Shown piece by piece: positions 22,375 to 32,500 of a DNA stretch of 58,966 nt. How positions within the stretch are numbered: position 1 is the first letter of the stretch; each line of letters starts with the position of its first letter. Source of the DNA: an uncultured Flavobacteriales bacterium (GTDB lineage: Bacteria; Bacteroidota; Bacteroidia; Flavobacteriales_D; CALLUQ01). A model generated the notes under the pieces. The model worked only from the letters and a program-made list of their open reading frames with translations. It did no database searches and was not told where the DNA came from. A program made the translations under genes and the position numbers. The DNA is taken from the NCBI GenBank assembly GCA_938010565.1, contig CALLUQ010000093.1, positions 1 to 58,966 of the forward strand, given 5' to 3'.

Positions 22375-22574
22375 GATAATAAATACTTAACGATTTTCAC
22401 TTATTAAATCGCTTAATTAAAAGCATTTAGTGTGAGACTTGATTTTAATTTGTAATGAATGCATATAGCTAATAATCAAAATAATACCGGATGGGTGCTG
22501 TAAATCGACGACTGCATGACAACGAACCATTCAAAAGGAAAGACACGGGTGCTTTAGCAGAAATGCCGTGAGCA

Positions 22575-22888
22575 GTTAGCAGGGCTTGAGCCAACGCCAT
22601 GTTTCGCTTCAGGATTACCATCGGAAAGTGTGTGGGTGGTCAGCCGTAATTTTCCGCGCAGCCATGCCCCACAGATGGAGAAAGCTAAAATGGCTTTTTT
22701 GTCAGGAGCGGAGATCTCAAATCTACCATCACTGCCCGACGATGGTTCCTTGTTGCCTTTTGACGGATGCTACCTCATGGGATTTCTTTCCCATCTGCAT
22801 TTTTTACTATTCCGGGCTCCGGAATGCGCTACACCGGCCATGTTTCTGAAGTATATGGAAGTATTGCCAATAAACGAGGGTTCTTCAT
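22575..22888 (-). pseudogene. decayed susC 5' fragment (repeat unit 3)
   Basis: Reads MKNPRLLAILPYTSETWPV* and then continues to align at the DNA level with the CarboxypepD_reg-coding part of susC. Confidence 0.65.
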
Positions 22889-23140
22889 AGGATAAATATT
22901 TAACGGATTGGAATTTTTTTTAGCTTACTTGTCAGCAACAGGTAAGGTGAGACTTAAAAATGGATATTAGAATTAGTGTATATGGTAATCACAATACATG
23001 TCAGGTAAGTTCCACAAGTTAACGATTGAATTGCATTAAAACTAACAATTCGAAGGGAAAAGAAAAGCACTGATGCCATAAAGGGAATAAAAAATAAGTG
23101 AAAAACACTAGGTGAAAACACGTAGAAAAGAGCAATTGCC

Positions 23141-24247
23141 TCAATAAGTGGGGAGTTTTTTATCGACATAAACAGACCATGCGTGTATGCCTCCCGAAAC
23201 ATTGAGCACTTGATAAAACCCATAATTTTTGGTCAGCAATTCAGCAGCCCTTAAACTTCGTGTGCCGTGATGGCAATACACACAAATGGGTAGATCTCTT
23301 GGGATCTTCCCGATGTGATCGGCCAATTCTCCCAGTGGAAAATGCAACCCGCCAATATGGCAAATGTCGCGCTCAAAGTGTTCCCGAACATCCAGTAAGG
23401 TCAAACTTTCCCCCTTTTCCAACCTGGATTTGAGTTCTTGCACATCAATGGATGTAATGGCAGCAGATGGGTTTGGTTCACAAAAATCTTCATAATCGGT
23501 GAGTTTACGGATGTGGTCGGCTGCATCGGTACGGTGTAGGGTAAGGATGGTCTGATGCATGGATAGTGCATCCAGCAACAACAATTTGCCACTGAGCAAG
23601 GTTCCGGCTTCAACAATGAGCTTGATGGCTTCGTTGGCCTGAATGGTGCCGATCAGACCGGGCAATACACCGATTACTCCGATCTGAGCGCAATTGGGTA
23701 TTTCTCCGGCTCCCGGAGGCGTAGGAAAAACACAGCGGTAGGTAGGGCCGTTCTTGTAGTTGAAAACAGCCACCTGGCCTTCAAATTTGAAGATGGACCC
23801 AAAGATAAAAGGCCGGTTCAGGAGTACACAAGCATCGTTGATCAGGTAGCGGGTGGGAAAATTATCCGTTCCATCAATTACAAGGTCGTATTTTTCAAGA
23901 ATGGAAAGCGCGTTAGATGATGTAAGACGCTCCGGGTAAACCGAAAAGGTAGTATGTGGGTTTTGTGCCCGGAGTTTTTCAGCAGCTACTTCTGCTTTCA
24001 GGCGGCCTACATCCTGGCTATGGAAGAGTATCTGGCGTTGCAGATTGCTCAGATCCACGTGATCATCGTCAATGATCCCGATTTTGCCAACCCCAGCGGC
24101 AGTAAGGTATTGCAGTACGGGGCATCCCAAACCTCCGGCTCCTACGACAAGAATTTTGGCCGCTTTTAGTTTTTCCTGTCCTTCCATCCCGATCTGATCA
24201 AGAATGATGTGGCGGTTAAATCGTATTTTTTCTTCTTCGGAAAGCAT
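23141..24247 (-). CDS. ThiF/MoeB-family adenylyltransferase with C-terminal rhodanese domain (MoeZ-like)
   Basis: GAGGLGCP nucleotide-binding loop and a rhodanese active-site loop (VYCHHGTRS). The ORF-track start at 24298 is TTG; the ATG at 24247 gives MLSEEEKIRFNRHI... Confidence 0.85.
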   Translation of the reverse strand: MLSEEEKIRFNRHIILDQIGMEGQEKLKAAKILVVGAGGLGCPVLQYLTAAGVGKIGIIDDDHVDLSNLQRQILFHSQDVGRLKAEVAAEKLRAQNPHTTFSVYPERLTSSNALSILEKYDLVIDGTDNFPTRYLINDACVLLNRPFIFGSIFKFEGQVAVFNYKNGPTYRCVFPTPPGAGEIPNCAQIGVIGVLPGLIGTIQANEAIKLIVEAGTLLSGKLLLLDALSMHQTILTLHRTDAADHIRKLTDYEDFCEPNPSAAITSIDVQELKSRLEKGESLTLLDVREHFERDICHIGGLHFPLGELADHIGKIPRDLPICVYCHHGTRSLRAAELLTKNYGFYQVLNVSGGIHAWSVYVDKKLPTY

Positions 24248-24409
24248 AAACCCATTTTGATGAAGGTCAAATTTCTTGTTTCCGAAACAGGTATCCAAAA
24301 GTCTTTTGACTTATGTCATATGAAGATGTCTTTTCGCCTCATCAGAACCCGCAAGCAGTTGCCAAGTTATATTTTAAGCGAGAGGCTTTCTGTTGCAGGC
24401 TTGTTGGAG

Positions 24410-24433
24410 CCATACCGGTATATACCGGTATGG
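24410..24433 (-). terminator. perfect 24-nt palindrome 19 nt downstream of the ThiE-like gene
   Basis: ccataccggtatataccggtatgg. A T-run follows only on the + strand. Confidence 0.3.
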
Positions 24434-24451
24434 TTTTGCGGCGTTGGTGTT

Positions 24452-25105
24452 TCAAACAACTGTTTCCCGGTATAGAGGAGTGGTATGGAAGCGGTTGGCG
24501 GTAGACAAGGCTTTTTTATAAGCTTCGGCTTTATCTTCTTTTTGTTTCCAGATGGCACCAAGCAGGCAGGCGCCATCAAACCCCAGATCTCTGAGTTTGT
24601 GGATCCGGGTGTGGTCAACACCGCCCATTGCAAATACCTGGTACTCTGTTTCACGCAGTATTTTTTTGAGGACATGCTCGTTGAATCCTCCGGAGTGGCT
24701 TTTACGGCTGATGCCTTCAAAAACAGGTGTCAGTAACACGTAATTATAGCGGCCTTTGTTCTCCAACAGGTCTGATAACCGGTGAAAGGTGCGGGTAACA
24801 ACGAGTTGTTTGTTCTGAAATTTATACCACATCAGGCGCAACCGGGTTTTCACCTTTTTTTTACGATGTTTATGGGTCAGGTGAATGCCTTTGAGACCAA
24901 ATTTAATGGCCAGATGATGGTGGGAGTGAAGGATGATGTGTTGGTGAAACCGAACAGGGATCTGACGGATATATTTTTCGATGCTGGCGGCGCTCCATTT
25001 GGGCTTTTGCAGGTGAAAATGTGTGAGTCCACTTTCAAACAAACGGATTAATACGTTTATTTCCGTATGCGTTTTGTCAGGGCTTGAAATAACAATAACT
25101 TTCAT
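24452..25105 (-). CDS. thiamine-phosphate synthase-like (ThiE/TenI family) protein
   Basis: 217-aa TIM-barrel-like pattern (HLQKPK.., GIHL.., AMGGV) with an unusual basic insertion (HKHRKKKVKTRLRLMW). The ATG overlaps the upstream gene stop (ATGA). Confidence 0.65.
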   Translation of the reverse strand: MKVIVISSPDKTHTEINVLIRLFESGLTHFHLQKPKWSAASIEKYIRQIPVRFHQHIILHSHHHLAIKFGLKGIHLTHKHRKKKVKTRLRLMWYKFQNKQLVVTRTFHRLSDLLENKGRYNYVLLTPVFEGISRKSHSGGFNEHVLKKILRETEYQVFAMGGVDHTRIHKLRDLGFDGACLLGAIWKQKEDKAEAYKKALSTANRFHTTPLYRETVV

Positions 25106-25839
25106 GAGTCATTCAAACTTATAATTTCTTTAATGAGGGAATGATCTTTTTCACAAGCATTGCCAACCACCAGAAGGTCGGCTCCGGCCTGATAAAGCTG
25201 CCGGGCATCTTTTGGGCTTCTGATGCCGCCGCCAACGATGAGGGGAAGGCTGGTTTTTGCTTTGATCTGTTGCACCATTTCCGTGCTGACTGTGCGTTTG
25301 GCACCGCTCCCGCCATCCAGGTAAAGCACTTGCAGGCCTAACATTTCGCCTGCCATTGCCGTACAAGCCGCAATTTCCGGTTTATCGTAAGGCAGGGGAG
25401 TGGTATTGCTGATGTAAGAGGCCGTGGTGGCATTGCCACAATCCACCAACATGTAGCCGGTAGGAATGGCTTCCAGCTGAACCGCTTTGATGTAAGGAGC
25501 CGCAACAACATGATGACCGATCAGGGTTTCCGGATTCCGCCCTGAAATGAGCGACAAAAATAAAATGGCATCGGCCGAAGAGCTAATTTGTAACGGGCTA
25601 CCGGGAAAAATAACAATGGGGATGGAACAGATCTTTTTTAACATTTGGATGCACGTCTCAAATGCCGGTTTGTGCAAAAGGCTTCCCCCCACAAAAAAGT
25701 AATCTGTATACGGCGAAACCGAGGTCACAATTTGTTCGATCAATTCGGGAGCTTGGGCATGGTCGGGATCAATGAGTACTGCGAGTTGTTGGCGCCCTTC
25801 CGATCGTCCCTTTTTAATTTGTTGAAGTATATCCCCCAT
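25102..25839 (-). CDS. geranylgeranylglyceryl/heptaprenylglyceryl phosphate synthase family protein (PcrB/GGGPS)
   Basis: 245 aa with the FFVGGS, LYLDGGSGA and LIVGGGIRS motifs of the GGGPS TIM-barrel family. Confidence 0.85.
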   Translation of the reverse strand: MGDILQQIKKGRSEGRQQLAVLIDPDHAQAPELIEQIVTSVSPYTDYFFVGGSLLHKPAFETCIQMLKKICSIPIVIFPGSPLQISSSADAILFLSLISGRNPETLIGHHVVAAPYIKAVQLEAIPTGYMLVDCGNATTASYISNTTPLPYDKPEIAACTAMAGEMLGLQVLYLDGGSGAKRTVSTEMVQQIKAKTSLPLIVGGGIRSPKDARQLYQAGADLLVVGNACEKDHSLIKEIISLNDS

Positions 25840-25847
25840 CTTAAACT

Positions 25848-26495
25848 TTACAAAGGTATGGATTCTGCCACATAAACCAACATTCGTTTATCGAGAATTT
25901 CATAGTTGAGTGTATAGTGTTCTTGGAAGGAATGGTTAGATATAGAGGCTTTTATGCTGCCCTTTGGGTTCCATTTAACAGGCGTAATGGCAAGGTGCTC
26001 TTTAAAAAAAAACGCATGATCGCCATGGATCTTGAACAATACTTCCTTGGCCCCCCAGATCAGGTGCAACAAGTAAAGATCGGATCCGTTGGATAAATAC
26101 CACTCTTCCTCAATCGGGTTGAGAAATCGCTGTCGGATTCGTTCCAGCTTTGGAGTAATGACCTGCAAGTCAAGACCACTTTGGAATTTTCGGTTTAAAA
26201 TGATACCGGCATAATCGTTGGTATGGCTGATGCTCAGATGGCTGTGATGGCCGCTTATTTCGGGCTTTCCGGAGCGTTGATAGGTGATTTGGAATTTTTC
26301 ATACAACAACTGGTTCAACAATACCCTTACAGCCAGCCACTCTTTTTGCCGGGAAACCGATTTAAAACGACGGTAAATGGCCGTTTCGGAAGGAGTTAAA
26401 ATGGCCTGATCCGTAAGGTCTTTTATCGATTCGGTTATTTTCCAGACCCCTAACGTAGAATGATCGGAGATGGCAATGTTTCGAATGATGGGCAT
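25848..26495 (-). CDS. 4'-phosphopantetheinyl transferase (Sfp/EntD-type)
   Basis: ISISHTNDYAG and WGAKEVLFK motifs. The ORF-track start is TTG; the ATG at 26495 gives MPIIRNIAISDH... Confidence 0.8.
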   Translation of the reverse strand: MPIIRNIAISDHSTLGVWKITESIKDLTDQAILTPSETAIYRRFKSVSRQKEWLAVRVLLNQLLYEKFQITYQRSGKPEISGHHSHLSISHTNDYAGIILNRKFQSGLDLQVITPKLERIRQRFLNPIEEEWYLSNGSDLYLLHLIWGAKEVLFKIHGDHAFFFKEHLAITPVKWNPKGSIKASISNHSFQEHYTLNYEILDKRMLVYVAESIPL

Positions 26496-26859
26496 CTGAT
26501 AAGAAGCATGGTAAGGAGCCAAGTATACCGAATAATTTTAAATTGAAAGGCCGAGTAAGCCACAATTCAGGTGCTTTATGAAGCATTTTAACATGGTTTT
26601 CGGTATGGCTTCTCTTGTTGTTTTCAGATTGTGCTTATGTGCTGTCCGGTCCATCGGAGCAGCAACTTTTCGGCAAATCCGAAAAATAGGGTTATATCAT
26701 ATATATAAAAGCATAATGGAATAATGTGGTGCACTTAATTTTTTGCAACACAGGGTCAATGCGTACCGGATGATGGATAAACCTATACCGGATGTTGTAT
26801 AGGCTTAGGGAGTTTTCTAACTTTGTGCCTTGAAAAATGGAGAAATATAAGCACAGAAT

Positions 26860-28182
26860 ATGAGCACAACCGCACAAAATGAAACGCTAAAGTATAAAGT
26901 AAAAGACATTTCTCTCGCCGATTGGGGGCGTAAAGAAATTGTCCTTGCCGAAGCTGAAATGCCCGGTTTAATGTCGCTGCGTAAAGAGTATGGCACCAGC
27001 AAACCCTTGGCCGGGGCTCGCATAGCCGGCTGTTTACACATGACCGTCCAAACGGCTGTTCTTATCGAAACGTTGACAGCACTGGGTGCAGAAGTTACCT
27101 GGAGTTCATGTAATATTTTCTCTACCCAGGATCATGCTGCTGCGGCCATTGCTGCTACCGGTATTCCTGTGTATGCCTGGAAAGGGATGACAGACGATGA
27201 GTTCTGGTGGTGCATTGAACAGACACTCTTTGCCTTTAAAGACGGGCAACCTTTGAATATGATTTTGGATGACGGGGGTGATCTGACCAACGCTGTGCTG
27301 GATAACCATCCTGAATTGATCAAGGCCATCAAAGGCCTTTCCGAAGAAACCACTACCGGTGTTCACCGTTTGTACGAACGGGAGCGAAATGGCACATTGC
27401 CCATGCCCGCGATCAACGTAAACGATTCGGTCACCAAATCTAAATTCGATAACAAATACGGATGCCGCGAATCACTGGTAGACGCCATTCGCCGTGCTAC
27501 GGATTTGATGTTGGCAGGGAAAGTAGCGGTAGTGGCAGGCTTTGGCGATGTCGGGAAAGGTTCTGCGGAATCGCTTCGTTCTGCCGGAGTACGCGTTATC
27601 GTTACTGAGATCGATCCTATTTGTGCACTTCAGGCGGCTATGGAAGGCTTTGAGGTCAAGAAAATGGATGATGCGGTAAAAGAAGCCGACATCGTTGTAA
27701 CCGCAACCGGGAACAAAGACATCATCTCCGGTCGTCATTTCGAAAACATGAAGGACAAAGCCGTGGTATGCAACATCGGTCATTTCGATAACGAAATTGA
27801 CATGGCCTGGCTGGATACGAATTACGGAACCAGCAAAGTAGAAGTGAAGCCACAGGTAGATATGTATACCTTAAAAAAAGGAAACGATATCATTGTATTG
27901 GCAGAAGGCCGTTTGGTAAACCTGGGGTGTGCCACAGGCCATCCGTCATTTGTAATGTCCAACTCTTTCACCAATCAGACCCTTGCTCAAATTGAACTTT
28001 GGAACAATAGCGAAACCTACGAGAACAAAGTATACACGTTGCCAAAGCGTCTGGATGAGAAAGTAGCCCGCCTCCACCTGAAAAAAGTGGGTGTCGAACT
28101 GGAAATCCTTTCCGAAGATCAGGCCAATTATATTGGAGTAGCTGTAGAAGGGCCTTACAAACCGGAATATTACCGTTACTAG
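26860..28182 (+). CDS. ahcY: adenosylhomocysteinase
   Basis: 440 aa with the NAD-binding GFGDVGKG motif and C-terminal ..[10 protein letters not shown]. Confidence 0.97.
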   Translation: MSTTAQNETLKYKVKDISLADWGRKEIVLAEAEMPGLMSLRKEYGTSKPLAGARIAGCLHMTVQTAVLIETLTALGAEVTWSSCNIFSTQDHAAAAIAATGIPVYAWKGMTDDEFWWCIEQTLFAFKDGQPLNMILDDGGDLTNAVLDNHPELIKAIKGLSEETTTGVHRLYERERNGTLPMPAINVNDSVTKSKFDNKYGCRESLVDAIRRATDLMLAGKVAVVAGFGDVGKGSAESLRSAGVRVIVTEIDPICALQAAMEGFEVKKMDDAVKEADIVVTATGNKDIISGRHFENMKDKAVVCNIGHFDNEIDMAWLDTNYGTSKVEVKPQVDMYTLKKGNDIIVLAEGRLVNLGCATGHPSFVMSNSFTNQTLAQIELWNNSETYENKVYTLPKRLDEKVARLHLKKVGVELEILSEDQANYIGVAVEGPYKPEYYRY

Positions 28183-28221
28183 ATGCGCATGCGCATAACC
28201 TATTTGTTTGTCTGTTAAACT

Positions 28222-28253
28222 AAAAAAGCCCCGAATTTATTCGGGGCTTTTTG
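28222..28253 (+). terminator. rho-independent terminator after ahcY
   Basis: aaaaagccccgaa-ttta-ttcggggcttttt. Confidence 0.75.
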
Positions 28254-28331
28254 TCAAAATCCCCACCCCATAGGAGTTCATTCATTCTGAGCGCACATCG
28301 ATCCCGGAAAGCGGAACTTTTCTGATCGTCC

Positions 28332-28495
28332 CTAGTGTTAAGTCAGGTGTACTGTGTCGTATAAGTTGCCGGTATTTTTTTCCGTACCATGCGAAAAATA
28401 GGAGCTTAGTGTAGCTAAGGGATTATCTTTTAAAGAAGTCCGGGATAAAAAGATCAAAACTTGGTGCGGCTAAAGTATGCTTGACTTGACACTAG
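28332..28495 (-). repeat. MITE-like intergenic repeat, full copy (inverted relative to the 56372 copy)
   Basis: Terminal inverted repeats ctagtgttaagtcagg.. / ..cttgacttgacactag. The reverse complement aligns along its length with 56372-56560, minus an internal ~25 bp. Confidence 0.85.
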
Positions 28496-28500
28496 CCCGA

Positions 28501-28956
28501 TCAGTTGAAAACCTGAAGGGTGGTTCCGTCAAAGGTGGTTTGATACGGGTGCAATGGCAGGGCAGCAGGACCTTCGATTACAGAACCATCTGTAATGGAC
28601 CACTCTGACCCGGAGCAGGGATCATGAACGATCAATTGGGATGGCCCTACTTCCACCGTACAGTATTCTTCAATCTCATAAGTGGCATGCCGGTCATAGG
28701 CTTTGAAATCATCTTGAGAAGATCGGTAGATCAAAATGCCGCGGCTGCCCCCCGTAACATACACCCATCCGCCCGTTACATTTAGATCAATGTAAGCAGG
28801 CAAGGTGGTATTGATCACGGCATGAACAGGAACATACGGAATCTGTTGCGCCGGCTTTTTACAGCCGGAAAAACCAAAGGCAGCCAACAGGGTTACCGTT
28901 AACAGAAAAAGGTGCCCTTTCCTATATTTCGTTATGTTGTTCACAAGAGGTTGCAC
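28501..28956 (-). CDS. hypothetical lipoprotein
   Basis: 151 aa with a lipobox (FGFSGC) and no recognised family. GTG start is uncertain. Confidence 0.6.
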   Translation of the reverse strand: MQPLVNNITKYRKGHLFLLTVTLLAAFGFSGCKKPAQQIPYVPVHAVINTTLPAYIDLNVTGGWVYVTGGSRGILIYRSSQDDFKAYDRHATYEIEEYCTVEVGPSQLIVHDPCSGSEWSITDGSVIEGPAALPLHPYQTTFDGTTLQVFN

Positions 28957-29005
28957 TTAAGATTACGCTAAATTCTGTAATATTATTACACGATAAGAAA
29001 ATACG

Positions 29006-29335
29006 ATGGCAAATTTTTTTTTAAAGATAAGCTTGTTTCTCGTTCTACTCACTGTTCCTTTTGCTGCCGATGCACAAAAAGGGAAGCGAACAAAAAAATC
29101 GAAGAAAGAATTTGCTGAGAAAAAAGAAGACCGCCATGAAGCAGAACTGAAAGCACAGGAAGAAAGAAAGAAACGCCACAAGCAACTTCAAAACAAGGAA
29201 GTTCGCAAGCGAATGAAACGATCGGCTAAAAAAGCCAGTCGCAATCGCCAGGGAAAAAGAGTTTCGGGGAGCAGTTCGCGAAAGCGCAAAGGAAAGAAAG
29301 CGTTTTTTCCGGTGCGATGGATGAAAAAAAGATAA
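29006..29335 (+). CDS. hypothetical secreted, extremely K/R/E-rich small protein
   Basis: Signal peptide (FLVLLTVPFAADAQ) followed by about 85 aa of KKSKKEF/RKRMKR-type low complexity. Shadow ORFs on the opposite strand are expected from the composition. Confidence 0.5.
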   Translation: MANFFLKISLFLVLLTVPFAADAQKGKRTKKSKKEFAEKKEDRHEAELKAQEERKKRHKQLQNKEVRKRMKRSAKKASRNRQGKRVSGSSSRKRKGKKAFFPVRWMKKR

Positions 29336-29532
29336 GATCAGCCCCTTATGCATGCATGGTTATTCCGAATTTTATCAAAGGCTTTTTTGCTGTGTGATCA
29401 GGCCTTTTTAAATGGTCTTCCGGATGCACGGAACCGATAGGATTCGAAGGAGAAAGAGTTGGGATTGTAAAAAGAAAATATTTCTATATTTACGCACTTT
29501 GTTGCGAAGTTATTAAATGTAAAACAGTAGAT

Positions 29533-32500
29533 ATGTTGCGAAAACTACAGTTACTCACTGTATTTACTTTGTTGTCGGTGCTTTCTGTGCATGCACAAGG
29601 AGGTATGGGCACACTTAGGGGTAAAGTTTTGGATGCCGGTAGTGGCGAAGCACTGCCATTTGTAAACCTCATTTTGGAATTGAATGGTATCCAGAAATAC
29701 GGTGGGTCTACCGACTTTGACGGCGGCTTTGATATCAAACCCATTACCCCCGGAAAGTACGATCTTAAAGTTTCCTTCTTAGGTTATGGCCCTGTTCTTA
29801 TAAAAGGAGTGGTGATCCGTGCCGGAAAAATTACGTTCCAGGACGTTGAAATGAAAGAAACGGCCGAAAAGCTGGAAGAAGTTGAAGTGGTGGATTATGT
29901 CGTTCCGCTCATCGACAAAGACGGAGGCGCTTCGGGCGGAACCGTAACCCGCGACGATATTGCCAAAATGCCGGGCCGTTCTGCGGCCTCCATTGCCACT
30001 ACAGTGGGGGGGGTTGCTTCGGATGCAAACGGAAATATTACCAGTATTCGCGGAGCACGTAGCGATGCCAACTACTACTACATCGATGGCATCAAAGTAC
30101 GTGGATCGTCTTCCCTTCCAAAATCTGCCATTGAGGAAGTAACGGTGGTTACCGGTGGTTTACCTGCCAACTTTGGCGATGCTACCGGAGGGATTATTTC
30201 GATTACCACACGTGGCCCGTCAAGCGAATACGCTGGTGGCATCGAAGTCCTTTCTTCGGGATTTAAATCCGGCGATAACATTTACGGCCTGGATAAATTT
30301 GGATACAACCTGGTGGAAGGTTCCATTTCCGGCCCGCTGATGTTCCGTAAAGACAGTGCCGGTAAAAAAACCAACTCGTTGCTGGGCTTCTTCCTTTCCG
30401 GAAACTTCACCTCGCGACAGGAGCCCCGCCCATTGGCCCAAGGCAACTACATTGTAAAAGACGAAGTACTGGCCGATTTATTGCTCAACCCCACCCGGCC
30501 GGCCCCAACAGGCAACGGAATTGAATACAACACCGACTTCATCACCATGGACAACCTCCAGAAGAAGGCGTACCGCCCGAATATGGCCGACAACAGTTTT
30601 ACCTTGGCGGGAAAAATTGATGTCAACACTGGCCCTTCCGTAAACCTGGCCTTTGGCGGTTCTATGGATTACCAACGCGGTCGGCTCTATGATTACAGCG
30701 GATCCGTATTCAACTACAACAACTACGGCCTGTATACGGATTACGACTGGCGGGTTTATGGTAAGCTGACCCAGCGTTTTTCCAACAACACCGAAGGCGA
30801 AGAAAACAACTCTTTGATCAGCAATGCCTATTACACCGTAATGATCGATTACTCCAAGGGTTACCGTAAAAGAGAAGATGCCGACCACCGCGATAACCTT
30901 TTCGGGTACGGCTACATTGGGAAATACATTACCCACCGCGAGAAATCGTACGATTTTGTAGAACAGGAAAACGGTGTTTTTAACATGATTCAAAGTGGTA
31001 CTTACGGAGAGCGCGATACCTTGGTCACATTTATACCTTCCGATGTGAATGCGGAAATGGCCGCGCTCACTTCTCAGTATTTCAATACCTTTACCGATCC
31101 GGAAGGAAATTACGAAAACTTTACTCAGATTGGTGCAGGCAGAGGCCTGCTGAACGGTGATCTTCCTATTCAGGTTTACGGCTTGTGGGACAACTTCGGA
31201 ACCAATTACAACAGATACCAGTTGACGGATTTTAACCAATTCCGCATTACGGCCTCCGGTGCTGCCGATATTGGCGACCATGCCATCTCTGTCGGTTTTG
31301 AGTATGAACAACGGACGGACCGTTCTTTCCGCATAGATCCGGTCGAACTCTGGACGTTGATGCGCCAAGAGTCCAACTTTCACCTCCAGGAGTTGGACCC
31401 GTCTTCGGCCACAACCTATAACATTGGTACTACTTTCGTAACCGAGTACGACCGGCTGGTAGGGAAGGATGATATTTTTCGCTTTTCTTACAACCTTCGT
31501 GAGAAATTAGGGCTTGATCCGCTGGGAACCGATCTGGTGGATGTAGATGCATTGGATCCGTCTATGTTTACGCTGGATCTTTTTTCTCCCGATGAATTGT
31601 TAGACCAGAATTCCCTTAATGTTAACTATTACGGCTACGACCACACGGGTAAAAAACAGACTTCATCGCCAGGGCTGGACGATTTTTTCACGGAAGTAGA
31701 TGAAAATGGCGACTTTACCCGCCCTATTGCGCCTTTCCGCCCGATTTACATTGCAGGGTTTATAATGGACAAATTTACTTTTGACGACATTATTTTTAAC
31801 GTAGGTGTGCGCATAGACCGTTACGATGCCAACCAACAAGTATTAAAAGACCAGTATTTGCTTTACGAAGCACGCCAGGTAAGCGAGGTTACTCAGATGG
31901 AGGGGATAGACGTAATCCATCCGGAGAACATGGGGGACGATTACGTTGTATATGTCAACGACATCAACGATCCAACGGCCATTAACGGGTATCGCAACGG
32001 CGATACCTGGTTCAATGCCGATGGCGCTGAAGTAACGGACCCTTCCGTGATCCGTGCGGCCACCGGAATTGCTCCTTACCTGCTGGATGCCGAACAGGAA
32101 GGGCCCTCTTCATCTGCCTTTAAAGATTATGAACCTCAGGTAATTGTAATGCCGCGTGTGGCTTTCTCTTTTCCCATTTCCGACGAAGCGTTGTTCTTTG
32201 CCCACTACGACATCCTTTCCAAACGCCCCACTTTTGGTGACCGCCTGAACCCGATCGATTACCTCTACCTCGAAGAGGGTACCAATGGTATCATTAGTAA
32301 CCCCAACCTTCGTCCGGAAAAAACCATCGATTACGAACTTGGGTTCCAGCAGGTGCTTTCAAAGTCTTCTTCCCTGAAAATTTCAGCATTTTACCGCGAG
32401 TTGCGCGATATGGTACAGATAATCAATGTGAACGAAGCTTATCCGCGTTCTTATTCTACCTACGGTAACGTTGATTTTGGTACCATTAAAGGCATGACGG

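Larger units (their letters stand above)
21535..23080. repeat. tandem triplication (about 510 bp unit) of the susC leader plus the first ~110 codons
   Basis: Start-codon complements (cat) lie at 21866-68, 22372-74 and 22886-88, giving spacings of 506 and 514 bp. Leader blocks (aagtctcac, aatcgttaagtatttat, atcgatttacag, cacggcatttc) and the 5' CDS align across all three units. Confidence 0.85.

Noticed and set aside
22092-22890. Plus-strand ORFs 22092..22334, 22586..22849 and 22630..22890, which share similar peptide stretches (PTMVPCCLL.D.TSWD...)
   Set aside because: They are antisense to the decayed susC 5' copies. Their similarity is explained by the DNA repeat. The matching peptide segments fall in different frames in the two units, so no conserved plus-strand reading frame exists.
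21869-23140. Possibility that the repeated region upstream of susC is a CRISPR array or a phase-variation invertible switch
   Set aside because: The period is about 510 bp, with no short direct repeats and spacers. The units are direct (head-to-tail), with no flanking inverted repeats and no nearby recombinase.
24331-24345. Hammerhead-ribozyme-like core CUGAUGAGGCGAAAA on the minus strand
   Set aside because: There is no room for a stem II between CUGAUGA and GAAA, and no flanking stems I or III. It is a chance motif match.
24299-24451. Possible TPP riboswitch upstream of the ThiF/MoeZ-like gene
   Set aside because: No CUGAGA or ACCUGAUCUGGAUAAUGCC-type conserved core appears on either strand. 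The region contains only the 24-nt palindrome.
26523-26859. Possible SAH riboswitch or other leader upstream of ahcY
   Set aside because: I could not recognise the conserved SAH-element pseudoknot sequences. The region is AT-rich divergent promoter space. A cmscan would be needed to be definitive.
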